From positions 14,297 to 78,296 of the forward strand of contig JAEUOS010000179.1 in NCBI GenBank assembly GCA_016790695.1: DNA of 64,000 nt. The letters run 5' to 3'. The notes under the pieces were generated by a model, which saw nothing but the letters and a program-made list of their open reading frames with translations, did not search any database and was not told where the DNA came from. Below are positions 49,894 through 58,605 of the stretch, piece after piece. Each line of letters opens with the position of its first letter. The first letter of the stretch is position 1. This stretch comes from Burkholderiales bacterium (GTDB lineage: Bacteria > Pseudomonadota > Gammaproteobacteria > Burkholderiales > JAEUOS01). The position numbers and the translations under genes were made by a program.

Positions 49894-49896
49894 AAT
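49891..49896 (+). promoter_or_regulatory. Candidate -10 element TAGAAT(CC) overlapping the arnA-FT stop codon
   Basis: cgcgTAGAATCCcg, 58 nt upstream of the decarboxylase ATG at 49954. Confidence 0.3.
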
Positions 49897-49953
49897 CCCG
49901 CGTCCTTCCATCCCCTCCTTCGTGGCGCACCGCGGGCGCCCGGGACGCATTGC

Positions 49954-50997
49954 ATGAAGAAGATCCTCATCCTGGGTGTCAACGGCTTCATCGGCCACCA
50001 TCTGTCCAAGCGCATCATCGCCGAGACGCCGTGGGAGGTCTACGGAATGGACATGGCGAGCGACCGCGTCGCCGACCTGCTGGGCGAGGAGCGCTTCCAT
50101 TTCTTCGAGGGTGACATCACCATCAATCGCGAGTGGATCGAATACCACGTGAAGAAGTGCGACACGGTGCTGCCGCTGGTCGCCATCGCCACGCCCGCGA
50201 CCTACGTCAAGGAGCCGCTGCGCGTCTTCGAGCTCGACTTCGAGGCCAATCTGCCGATCGTCCGCGCCTGCGTGCGCCACCGCAAGCGGGTGATCTTCCC
50301 GTCGACCTCGGAAGTCTACGGCATGAGCAGCGACGCGGAGTTCGATCCGGAGCGCTCCAACCTGGTGCTGGGCCCGATCAACAAGCCGCGCTGGATCTAC
50401 TCCTGCGCCAAGCAGCTGATGGACCGCGTCATCCACGCCTACGGCATGCAGGAGGGGCTGAAGTACACGCTGTTCCGGCCGTTCAACTGGATCGGCCCGG
50501 GCCTGGATTCGATCCACACGCCCAAGGAAGGCTCGTCGCGCGTGATCACCCAGTTCCTCGGCCACATCGTCCGTGGCGAGAACATCCAGCTCGTCGATGG
50601 CGGCGCACAGAAGCGCGCCTTCACCTACGTCGACGACGGCATCGCCGCGCTGATGAAGATCATCGAGAACAAGGGCGGCGTGGCCGACGGGCAGATCTAC
50701 AACATCGGCAACCCGCGCAACAACTATTCGGTCCGCGAGCTTGCCGAGATGATGCTGGCGCTCGCGAAGACCATCCCCGAGTACCGCGACAATGCGCGCA
50801 AGGTGAAGCTGGTGCGCACCACCTCGGGCGCGTACTACGGGCGCGGCTATCAGGACGTGCAGAACCGCGTCCCGAAGATCACCAATACCCGGTCCGACCT
50901 CGGCTGGTCGCCGACGGTCAGGATGGACGCCGCGCTGCGCAACATCTTCGAGGCGTATCGCGAACACGTCGACCAGGCCCGCCATCTGAACGACTGA
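49954..50997 (+). CDS. arnA: UDP-glucuronate decarboxylase/oxidase (stand-alone C-terminal half of ArnA; NAD-dependent epimerase/dehydratase fold)
   Basis: 347 aa with the Rossmann motif MKKILILGVNGFIGHHL and YSCAKQLMDR (Y-x3-K). Confidence 0.88.
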   Translation: MKKILILGVNGFIGHHLSKRIIAETPWEVYGMDMASDRVADLLGEERFHFFEGDITINREWIEYHVKKCDTVLPLVAIATPATYVKEPLRVFELDFEANLPIVRACVRHRKRVIFPSTSEVYGMSSDAEFDPERSNLVLGPINKPRWIYSCAKQLMDRVIHAYGMQEGLKYTLFRPFNWIGPGLDSIHTPKEGSSRVITQFLGHIVRGENIQLVDGGAQKRAFTYVDDGIAALMKIIENKGGVADGQIYNIGNPRNNYSVRELAEMMLALAKTIPEYRDNARKVKLVRTTSGAYYGRGYQDVQNRVPKITNTRSDLGWSPTVRMDAALRNIFEAYREHVDQARHLND

Positions 50998-51003
50998 GGC
51001 GCC

Positions 51004-51924
51004 GTGCGCATCGCGCTCAAGGTCGATGTCGACACCTGGCGCGGCACCGTGCACGGCGTGCCGCGCCTGCTCGACGCCCTGCGGCGCCACGGCGCGAGCG
51101 CCACCTTCCTGTTCAGCCTGGGCCCGGATCGGACCGGGCGCGCGATCCGCCGGGTGTTCCGGCCGGGGTTCTTCGGCAAGGTGGCGCGCACCTCGGTGGT
51201 CGAGCACTACGGAATCCGCACCCTGCTCTACGGCACCGTGCTGCCGGCGCCGGACATCGGGGCCCGTTGCGCGGGCCTGATGCGCGCAGCCGCCGCGGCC
51301 GGCCACGAGACCGGCATCCACGCCTGGGACCACGTCACCTGGCAGGACGGGGTCGGCACGGCGGAACGCCCTGCCGGCAACGACTGGACCGAGCGACAGA
51401 TGCGCCTTGCCTGCGAGCGCTACCGCGACATCTTCGGCGCGGATGCGCGCACCCACGGCGCCGCCGGATGGCAGATGAATCCGCACGCGATCCGCCTCAC
51501 CCAGCGCCTCGGCTTCGACTACTGCAGCGACACCCGCGGCACCCACCCGTTCCTGCCGGTGGTGCGCGGCGAGCCGACCTTGTGTCCCCAGGTGCCGACC
51601 ACGCTGCCCACGCTCGACGAGCTGATCGGCATCGGCGGAACCACCGTCGAGAACGTGCATGAGCGGGTGCTCGCGGCATCGGCCGCCGCGGCGCCTCTGG
51701 GCCACGTGTACACGCTGCATGCGGAACTGGAGGGCATGAAGCTGCTGCCGGTGTTCGAGCGCCTCCTCGGCGCATGGCGCGACCGCGGCGACCGCCTGTG
51801 CAGCGTCGCGGCGCTCGCGGCCGACCTGGATCGCGGCGCGCTGCCGTTTCACGACGTCTGCTGGACCGAGATCGCCGGGCGCAGCGGCACGCTGGCGATG
51901 CAGGGACCGGCCTCGCTCGGGTGA
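51004..51924 (+). CDS. arnD: 4-deoxy-4-formamido-L-arabinose-phosphoundecaprenol deformylase (polysaccharide deacetylase fold)
   Basis: 306 aa: V(M)RIALKVDVDTWRGTVHGVPRLLDALRRHGASATFLFSLGPD. GTG start. Confidence 0.88.
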   Translation: MRIALKVDVDTWRGTVHGVPRLLDALRRHGASATFLFSLGPDRTGRAIRRVFRPGFFGKVARTSVVEHYGIRTLLYGTVLPAPDIGARCAGLMRAAAAAGHETGIHAWDHVTWQDGVGTAERPAGNDWTERQMRLACERYRDIFGADARTHGAAGWQMNPHAIRLTQRLGFDYCSDTRGTHPFLPVVRGEPTLCPQVPTTLPTLDELIGIGGTTVENVHERVLAASAAAAPLGHVYTLHAELEGMKLLPVFERLLGAWRDRGDRLCSVAALAADLDRGALPFHDVCWTEIAGRSGTLAMQGPASLG

Positions 51925-52002
51925 CGGCCGCGTTGCACAAGAGCCGGAAATTCAGTTACTCTCCAATCCACCGACAACGACCGCCGGCCTGTCCGATCAA
52001 CG

Positions 52003-52473
52003 ATGACCTCCCCTTCCGTCCTGGGTCTGCAGGTCCCCGACTTCTCTGCCGCCGTCACCGGCGGCGGCAGGTTTGAGCTCTCCGCCCGACGGGGCCGCAA
52101 GCTGGTGCTGTACTTCTACCCCAAGGACAGCACGCCGGGCTGCACCGTGGAGGCCCAGGACTTCCGCGATCGCCACGCGCAATTCGCGGCCGCGGGCGCG
52201 GACGTGTTCGGCATCTCGCGCGACTCCCTGAAGTCGCACGAGAGCTTCAAGGCCAAGCAGGGACTGCCGTTCGAACTCATCGCCGATTCCGACGAAGCCG
52301 TCTGCCGGCTGTTCGACGTCATCAAGATGAAGAACATGTACGGCAAGCAGGTGCGCGGCATCGAGCGCAGCACGTTCCTGATCGACGGTGCCGGCCGGGT
52401 CGCGCGCGAGTGGCGCGGCGTCAAGGTCGCCGGGCATGCCGACGAGGTACTGGAGGCTGCACGCGCGCTATGA
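52003..52473 (+). CDS. bcp: Thioredoxin-dependent peroxiredoxin Bcp
   Basis: 156 aa: KLVLYFYPKDSTPGCTVEAQDFRD, with peroxidatic Cys. Confidence 0.93.
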   Translation: MTSPSVLGLQVPDFSAAVTGGGRFELSARRGRKLVLYFYPKDSTPGCTVEAQDFRDRHAQFAAAGADVFGISRDSLKSHESFKAKQGLPFELIADSDEAVCRLFDVIKMKNMYGKQVRGIERSTFLIDGAGRVAREWRGVKVAGHADEVLEAARAL

Positions 52474-52564
52474 TCCGCGTCAGCGTACGCTGCGGGGACA
52501 CGTGCCGACCGTGAGCGCCCGTCGGCAGCCGGTGCCCGGCAGATTCGTTCCCGCCACGAATCGA

Positions 52565-52601
52565 GGCCGTTTGTCCCCCCGGACAAGCGGCCTTTTCTTT
52601 T
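52565..52601 (+). terminator. Rho-independent terminator after bcp
   Basis: GGCCGTTTGTCC-cccc-GGACAAGCGGCC, a 12-bp stem with one G-U pair, followed by TTTTCTTTT. Confidence 0.75.
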
Positions 52602-52629
52602 CCGGAAGCACGTTCGCCAGGAGGCCGCA

Positions 52630-54105
52630 TTGAACGCCAGCGTCACCAAGCTCCCCGCACCGAAGCGTCCCGCGCGCAAGGCCGCCACCGTCACGCCGCT
52701 GCGCGCGGCGCCGGTCAAGCTGTTCGTGCTCGACACCAATGTCCTGATGCACGACCCGACCAGCCTGTTTCGGTTCGAGGAGCACGACATCTTCCTGCCG
52801 ATGGCGACGCTCGAGGAACTCGACAATCACAAGAAGGGCATGACCGAGGTGGCGCGCAATGCGCGCCAGGCCAGCCGCTATCTCGACGAGCTGGTCAGCG
52901 GCGCCGACGCGTCGATCGAGAGCGGCATCGCGCTCGACGCGCGCAACGGCAAGGATGCGACCGGGCGCCTGTACCTGCAGACCGAGGCGATCACCCACGC
53001 GCTGCCGGCCTCGCTGCCGGCAGGCAAGGCGGACAACCAGATCCTCTCGGTGATCGCGCATCTGACCAAGAAGCACGCGGGACGGCAGGTGATCCTGGTC
53101 TCCAAGGACATCAACATGCGCATCAAGGCGCGTGCGCTCGGCCTGCCCGCCGAGGATTACTTCAACGACAAGGTGCTCGAGGACACCGATCTCCTCTACT
53201 CGGGCGTCGCGGCGCTGCCGGCCGATTTCTGGGACACCCACGGCAAGGGCGTCGAAAGCTGGAAGCAGGGGGAGAACACCTACTACCGCGTGCGCGGCCC
53301 GCTGTGCCGCGACTGGCTGGTCAACCAGTTCGTCCATCTGGACGGCGACGGACGCCCGGCAGCGGCCGCCTTCCACGCCCAGGTGACCGAGACCGGCGGC
53401 AAGACCGCGATCCTCAAGGTCCTGCGCGACTTCAGTCACCACAAGCAGGCCGTCTGGGGCATCACGGCGCGCAACCGCGAGCAGAACTTCGCACTGAACC
53501 TGCTGATGGACCCCGCGATCGACTTCGTCACCCTGCTCGGCCAGGCGGGAACCGGGAAGACCCTGCTCACCCTCGCGGCAGGGCTGACGCAGACCCTCGA
53601 GGAAAAGATCTATTCCGAGATCATCATGACCCGCGTCACCGTGCCGGTCGGCGAGGACATCGGCTTCCTGCCCGGGACCGAGGAGGAGAAGATGACGCCG
53701 TGGATGGGCGCGCTCGAGGACAATCTCGACGTCCTCAACAAGTCCGACGACGAGGCCGGGGACTGGGGTCGCGCCGCCACCCGCGACCTCATCCGGAGCC
53801 GGATCAAGGTCAAGTCGCTGAACTTCATGCGCGGACGCACCTTCATCAACAAGTTCCTGATCATCGACGAGGCGCAGAACCTGACGCCGAAGCAGATGAA
53901 GACCCTGATCACGCGCGCCGGCCCCGGGACCAAGGTGGTGTGCCTGGGCAACATCGCGCAGATCGACACGCCCTATCTCACCGAAGGGTCGTCGGGGCTG
54001 ACCTTCGTCGTCGACCGCTTCAAGGGCTGGGAGCACAGCGGCCACGTCACGCTGATGCGCGGCGAGCGCTCGCGGCTCGCCGATCACGCGGCCGAGGTGC
54101 TCTGA
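52630..54105 (+). CDS. PIN-domain/PhoH-like ATPase fusion (PhoH2/YlaK family)
   Basis: PIN part KLFVLDTNVLMHDP...DNQILSV...LVSKDINMRIKA. PhoH part with P-loop LLGQAGTGKTLL and IIDEAQNL. The TTG start at 52630 is uncertain. Confidence 0.88.
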   Translation: MNASVTKLPAPKRPARKAATVTPLRAAPVKLFVLDTNVLMHDPTSLFRFEEHDIFLPMATLEELDNHKKGMTEVARNARQASRYLDELVSGADASIESGIALDARNGKDATGRLYLQTEAITHALPASLPAGKADNQILSVIAHLTKKHAGRQVILVSKDINMRIKARALGLPAEDYFNDKVLEDTDLLYSGVAALPADFWDTHGKGVESWKQGENTYYRVRGPLCRDWLVNQFVHLDGDGRPAAAAFHAQVTETGGKTAILKVLRDFSHHKQAVWGITARNREQNFALNLLMDPAIDFVTLLGQAGTGKTLLTLAAGLTQTLEEKIYSEIIMTRVTVPVGEDIGFLPGTEEEKMTPWMGALEDNLDVLNKSDDEAGDWGRAATRDLIRSRIKVKSLNFMRGRTFINKFLIIDEAQNLTPKQMKTLITRAGPGTKVVCLGNIAQIDTPYLTEGSSGLTFVVDRFKGWEHSGHVTLMRGERSRLADHAAEVL

Positions 54106-54117
54106 GGTCGGCCGTCC

Positions 54118-54597
54118 CTAGGCCTGGGCCGGCGGCGTCGAGAGTTCGACCTTGGGGTCGGCGCCCGGCGCCGCGTGGCCGCCCGGCTGACTGGCGGGCC
54201 CCTGCTGGGCGTACTCGGCCAGCTTCTGCAGCACGAACGACCGGACGATCGGCGGCAGGGTCGTCGACTCGCGCATGAACCGGTCGACGACGGCGTGCCC
54301 GTCGAAGTCCCCGCCCTGCTCGAGCAGCGACGCCGAGGCGCCATGGTCCGCCATCGTGTCGCCGCCCTTGACCACGCGGTGATGGGAGAAACCGCCGTCC
54401 TTCTTCCATTCGAGCGTGCGCTGCCGGCGCCGGATGTCGTAGCACAATTGCATGCCGACGAACTCGCGGTCCGCCTTGACATCGGCACGCTCGCTGTGCC
54501 GGAAATAGAAGATGAAAAGGTCGAAATAGTCGCTCTGGTACCAGCGACGCTTCGGCCCGTCAGTCGCCTGCTTGCTGACCGTGATCTCGCGGAACAT
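54118..54597 (-). CDS. Hypothetical protein
   Basis: 159 aa: MFREITVSKQATDGPKRRWYQSDYFDLFIFYFRH... I recognise no family. The 5' third is locally AT-richer than its surroundings. Convergent with the PhoH2 gene across a 12-nt gap. Confidence 0.55.
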   Translation of the reverse strand: MFREITVSKQATDGPKRRWYQSDYFDLFIFYFRHSERADVKADREFVGMQLCYDIRRRQRTLEWKKDGGFSHHRVVKGGDTMADHGASASLLEQGGDFDGHAVVDRFMRESTTLPPIVRSFVLQKLAEYAQQGPASQPGGHAAPGADPKVELSTPPAQA

Positions 54598-54741
54598 TTC
54601 CGGTCCCTGCCCCCCAACCGAGACGGCTTATCCGACCTCCGCGGCTAGTTTAGCCCACCGCGCGCCCGCCGGGCCGGCGGCCCGGCCCGCGGCGCGGCGA
54701 TGCCCCGCCTTTTCCGAGGAATGGGCCGGGGATCGGCCGTG

Positions 54742-54747
54742 TAGAAT
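54742..54747 (+). promoter_or_regulatory. Candidate -10 element TAGAAT(CC) upstream of phaZ
   Basis: ccgtgTAGAATCCtt, 77 nt upstream of the phaZ ATG. Confidence 0.3.
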
Positions 54748-54823
54748 CCTTTCGAGACGCCGGATCGGCGGCGAGGCGCGCCGGCACGATCCTTCGCCGC
54801 ACGCGAGACATGAAAGGCCCTTG

Positions 54824-56053
54824 ATGCTCTACCAATTGCACGAGTTGCAGCGCAAGCTCCTGAGTCCGGTCACCACCTTCGCCGAAAGTGCCGCGTCCCT
54901 CTACGCCTCGCCGGGCAGCCCCCTGGCTTACCTGCCGTTCGCCCGCGAGATCTCGGCAAGCTACGACCTGCTGCATCGCCTCGGCAAGGAGTACGAGAAA
55001 CCCGAGTTCGGCATCACCGACACCGTCGTGCGCGGGCAGCCGGTCGCGGTGGTCGAGGAAGCGGCGATCACCAAGCCGTTCTGCGTGCTCAAGCACTTCA
55101 AGCGGCAAACCCGCGTCCGCGACCCGAAGGTCCTGGTATGCGCGCCGCTTTCCGGGCATCACTCCACGCTGCTGCGGGACACCGTGCGCCAGCTCGTCAC
55201 CGCGCACGACGTCTACATCACCGACTGGGTCGACGCGCGCATGGTGCCGCTGTCGTCGGGTGCCTTCCGGCTCGACGACTACATCGCCTACCTGATCGAG
55301 TTCATCCGTCACCTGGGGCCGGACCTGCACGTGATCTCGGTGTGCCAGCCCACCGTCCCGGCGCTGGTCGCGATCTCCCTGCTGGCCGCGGAGAACGACC
55401 CGATGAGCCCGCTCACGATGACCATGATGGGCGGCCCGATCGACACGCGGCGCAATCCGACCGAGGTCAACGCGCTGGCGATCCGGAAGCCGTTCTCCTG
55501 GTTCGAGAACAACGTGATCTACCGCGTGCCCCACAACTACCCGGGGTACATGCGCCGCGTCTACCCGGGCTTCCTCCAGCATGCCGGTTTCGTGGCCATG
55601 AATCCCGACCGGCACCTGACGAGCCACTGGGAGTACTACAACCACCTGATCGAAGGTGACGGCGAGTCCGCCGCGCAGCACCGCGCCTTCTACGACGAGT
55701 ACAACGCCGTGCTCGACATGGACGCGGACTACTATCTCGACACCATCCGCATGGTGTTCCAGGAACACGCGCTGCCGCTCGGGACGTGGGTGACCGGCGA
55801 GACCCTCGGGCGCCGCCGCGTCGAGCCGGCGGCGATCCGGCGCACCGCGCTCTTCACCATCGAGGGCGAGATCGACGACATCTCCGGCTGCGGCCAGACC
55901 GAGGCGGCGCACGACCTGTGCACTGGCATCCCGAAGAGCCGCAAGCAACACTTCACCGCGCCCAAGTGTGGCCACTACGGCATCTTCTCGGGCAGACGGT
56001 GGCGCGAGTTGATCTACCCGCGCATCGCCGCGTTCATCCGCAAGCACGGCTGA
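54824..56053 (+). CDS. phaZ: Intracellular polyhydroxyalkanoate (PHB) depolymerase
   Basis: MLYQLHELQRKLLSPVTTFAES..., KVLVCAPLSGHHSTLLRDTV, ISVCQPTVPAL. About 409 aa from the ATG at 54824. Confidence 0.88.
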   Translation: MLYQLHELQRKLLSPVTTFAESAASLYASPGSPLAYLPFAREISASYDLLHRLGKEYEKPEFGITDTVVRGQPVAVVEEAAITKPFCVLKHFKRQTRVRDPKVLVCAPLSGHHSTLLRDTVRQLVTAHDVYITDWVDARMVPLSSGAFRLDDYIAYLIEFIRHLGPDLHVISVCQPTVPALVAISLLAAENDPMSPLTMTMMGGPIDTRRNPTEVNALAIRKPFSWFENNVIYRVPHNYPGYMRRVYPGFLQHAGFVAMNPDRHLTSHWEYYNHLIEGDGESAAQHRAFYDEYNAVLDMDADYYLDTIRMVFQEHALPLGTWVTGETLGRRRVEPAAIRRTALFTIEGEIDDISGCGQTEAAHDLCTGIPKSRKQHFTAPKCGHYGIFSGRRWRELIYPRIAAFIRKHG

Positions 56054-56115
56054 CGCCGTCCGCGCACCATCGATTCCCGGCACGGCATGCCGCCGCCGCC
56101 ATTTCCTCTACGCCC

Positions 56116-56592
56116 ATGCCAGACAAACTGATCCAGGTCCGCAATTCCGCAATCCACGGCCGCGGCGTGTTCGCCGCCCGTCCGATCAAGAAGGGCACCC
56201 GCATCATCGAATACAAGGGCAAGCGCCTGACGCACAAGGAGGCCGACCGCATCTACGGCGGCACCTCCGAAACCGGCCACACGTTCCTGTTCACGCTCAA
56301 CGACTACTATGTGATCGACGCGAATCAGGCCGGCAACGCGGCGCGCTGGATCAACCACGGGTGCGCGCCGAATTGCGAGTCGATCTGCGAGGAGTCCGAC
56401 GACGGCCGGCCCGAGAACGAACGCGTGTTCATCGACGCCATCCGCGACATCCGCGCCGGCGAGGAACTGACCTATTCCTACTTCATCACGCTCGACGAGC
56501 CCCACACGCGGCGCCTGCAGAAGGTCTGGAAGTGCCTGTGCGGTGCGAAGAAGTGCACCGGGACGATGCTGGAGATGAAGAAGAAGGACTGA
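56116..56592 (+). CDS. SET-domain protein-lysine methyltransferase-like protein
   Basis: 158 aa: SAIHGRGVFAARPIKKGTRIIEYKG, RWINHGCAPNCE (NH-x-C motif), ELTYSY (catalytic Tyr region), and the post-SET-like Cys cluster CLCGAKKC. Confidence 0.85.
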   Translation: MPDKLIQVRNSAIHGRGVFAARPIKKGTRIIEYKGKRLTHKEADRIYGGTSETGHTFLFTLNDYYVIDANQAGNAARWINHGCAPNCESICEESDDGRPENERVFIDAIRDIRAGEELTYSYFITLDEPHTRRLQKVWKCLCGAKKCTGTMLEMKKKD

Positions 56593-56630
56593 GCGGACGG
56601 CCGCACCGCGCCGTCCCGCCCGCCGCACCG

Positions 56631-57632
56631 CTAGCGGATGGCGCCGGCCCGCGGTGCGAGGCGCTCGGCGAAGACACCCGCCATCGCCGCGCCGAAGCGC
56701 TTGGCGAGCCGCTCGGCGACATTCTCGCGCTCGGTATAGTCGATCACCGTCTCGGCCTTGATCACGTCGCGGGCGACCATGTCCACCGTGCCGTAGGCGT
56801 CGGCCAGGCCCATCTCGATGCTCTTGGCGCCGGTCCACATCAGGCCGGAAAAGGTCTCCGGCGTCTCCTTGAGCCGCTTGCCGCGCCCTTTCTTGACCAC
56901 ATCGATGAACTGCTGGTGGATCTCGGCGAGCATCGCCTGCGTGTACTCGCGGTGCTTCTCGTTGGTCGGCGCGAACGGGTCCATGAACGCCTTGTTCTCG
57001 CCGGCGGTGTAGACGCGTCGCTCAACCCCGAGTTTCTCCATCGCGCCGGTGAATCCGAAGCCGTCCATCAGCACGCCGATCGAGCCGATCAGCGACGCCT
57101 TGTCGACGTAGATCCGGTCGGCGGAGGCGGCGATGTAGTAGCCGCCCGAGGCGCACAGGTCCTCGACGACCACGTGCAGCGGCTTGTCGGGATACTTCTC
57201 CCGCAGCCGCCTGATCTCGTCGTAGACGATGCCGGATTGCACCGGGCTGCCGCCCGGGCTGTTGATGCGCAGCACGACGCCGGCGGAATTCTGGTCCTTG
57301 AACGCGTTGGCGAGCGCCGAGGTGATGTGATCGGCGCTGTTCTTGCCGCCGGGCTCGATGACGCCCTGCACCTCGACCAGCGCGGTGTGCTTCTCCGCCG
57401 TGGCGGCGCGCTTGCCGGGCAGCGGCAGGTCCAGCAGGACGATCAGCAGCAGCGTCAGGTAGGCGAAGGTGAGCAGCTTGAAGAAGATGCCCCAGCGCCG
57501 TGCCGTCTTCTGCTCCTTCAATGCCGCGAAGGCGAGCTTTTCGATCGTCTGCCGCTCCCAGGTGAGGTCGGCGGCGCCCGCCGCGCGACCGGCGCCGGCA
57601 GACGGGTCGGAGGTGTTGTCTTGCATGCTCAT
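56631..57632 (-). CDS. sppA: Signal peptide peptidase SppA, 36K type (S49)
   Basis: MSMQDNTSD..., one TM, INSPGGSPVQSG and catalytic ASGGYYIA/GSIGV blocks. The ATG at 57632 overlaps the upstream stop as ATGA. Confidence 0.9.
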   Translation of the reverse strand: MSMQDNTSDPSAGAGRAAGAADLTWERQTIEKLAFAALKEQKTARRWGIFFKLLTFAYLTLLLIVLLDLPLPGKRAATAEKHTALVEVQGVIEPGGKNSADHITSALANAFKDQNSAGVVLRINSPGGSPVQSGIVYDEIRRLREKYPDKPLHVVVEDLCASGGYYIAASADRIYVDKASLIGSIGVLMDGFGFTGAMEKLGVERRVYTAGENKAFMDPFAPTNEKHREYTQAMLAEIHQQFIDVVKKGRGKRLKETPETFSGLMWTGAKSIEMGLADAYGTVDMVARDVIKAETVIDYTERENVAERLAKRFGAAMAGVFAERLAPRAGAIR

Positions 57633-57973
57633 TCTTCCAGGAGAATCCGGCCGTCTTCCTCGCGCACCGCCAGCGGCTCCAGGCCGCGGCCGCGACACGG
57701 GCCGCCGACGCAGGCGCCGGTGGCCGCATCGTAACTCGCGCCGTGCATCGAGCACAGCAAGTATAAGCCGGCGGCGTCGTAGAAGACTCCGGGCTGCCAG
57801 TCGAGCTCCACCGCGACATGGGTGCAGCGATTGACATAGGCGCGCGCCAGGCCGCCGCAGCGGACCGCGAAGGCCTGGACCGCGCGGCCGTCCCGCGCGA
57901 TCTCGAAGCGGACGCCGCGGCCGCCGTCGCGCAGATCGGCGCCGGCGCAGATCACCCGTGGCGGGCCAGCCAT
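57629..57973 (-). CDS. Small Rieske [2Fe-2S] domain protein
   Basis: About 114 aa with C-T-H (NRCTHVAVELD) and C-x2-H (LLCSMHGASY) cluster ligands. Start is ATG at 57973, or GTG at 57955 (GTGA overlap with the HAD stop). Confidence 0.8.
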   Translation of the reverse strand: MAGPPRVICAGADLRDGGRGVRFEIARDGRAVQAFAVRCGGLARAYVNRCTHVAVELDWQPGVFYDAAGLYLLCSMHGASYDAATGACVGGPCRGRGLEPLAVREEDGRILLEE

Positions 57974-58605
57974 GCGGCGAGATCCTCGACCGAATCGACC
58001 ACGGAGCGCGGCGCCGCGGCCTCGAGCTGCGGGCGCGGGTGCGCCCCATAGGAGACCGCCAGGGCCGGCACGCCGGCGTTGGCCGCCATCTGCGCATCGT
58101 GGGTGGTGTCGCCGATCATCAGCGTGCGCGCGGGCGCGGCATCGAGGTCCTCCATGAGTTCGAGCAGCATCTGCGGATGCGGCTTCGAGCGGGTCTCGTC
58201 GGCCGTGCGCGTGGCATCGAAAAGATGGCCGATGTCGCCATGCGCCATCACGCGATCGAGCCCGGCGCGCGACTTGCCGGTCGCCACCGCGAGGCGGTAC
58301 GGGCCCGCCTTGAGCGTCTCGAGCAGCTCGCGCATGCCGGCGAACAGCACCAGGTCGTCCTCGTGGGCGCGCCAGTGCGCGACATAGCGCTCCACCATGC
58401 GCGGATAGTCCGCGCGCGCGAGCTCGGGAACCGCGATGCGCAACGCGTCGCCCAGGCCGAGGCCGATCACATGGCTCGCGGCCTCGTCCGTCGGCACCGG
58501 CAGGCCGAGGTCGCGCGCGGCCTGCTGGATCGAGGCGACGATCACCCGGGTCGAATCCATCACGGTGCCGTCCCAGTCGAAGACGATGAGGTCGAAGTTC
58601 TTCAT
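57952..58605 (-). CDS. HAD-superfamily hydrolase (phosphoglycolate phosphatase-like)
   Basis: 217 aa: MKNFDLIVFDWDGTVMDS (DxDGT motif), ...MIGDTTHD. Confidence 0.88.
   Translation of the reverse strand: MKNFDLIVFDWDGTVMDSTRVIVASIQQAARDLGLPVPTDEAASHVIGLGLGDALRIAVPELARADYPRMVERYVAHWRAHEDDLVLFAGMRELLETLKAGPYRLAVATGKSRAGLDRVMAHGDIGHLFDATRTADETRSKPHPQMLLELMEDLDAAPARTLMIGDTTHDAQMAANAGVPALAVSYGAHPRPQLEAAAPRSVVDSVEDLAAWLARHG

Noticed and set aside
48970-50997. Split arnA as a frameshifted pseudogene.
   Set aside because: Both halves have intact starts and stops and full-length domains, separated by a 60-nt spacer. Separate formyltransferase and decarboxylase genes are a known arrangement in Burkholderia-type arn clusters.
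48937-51852. 971-aa minus-strand ORF.
   Set aside because: It is antisense to the arnA-FT, arnA-DH and arnD genes. Same artefact class.
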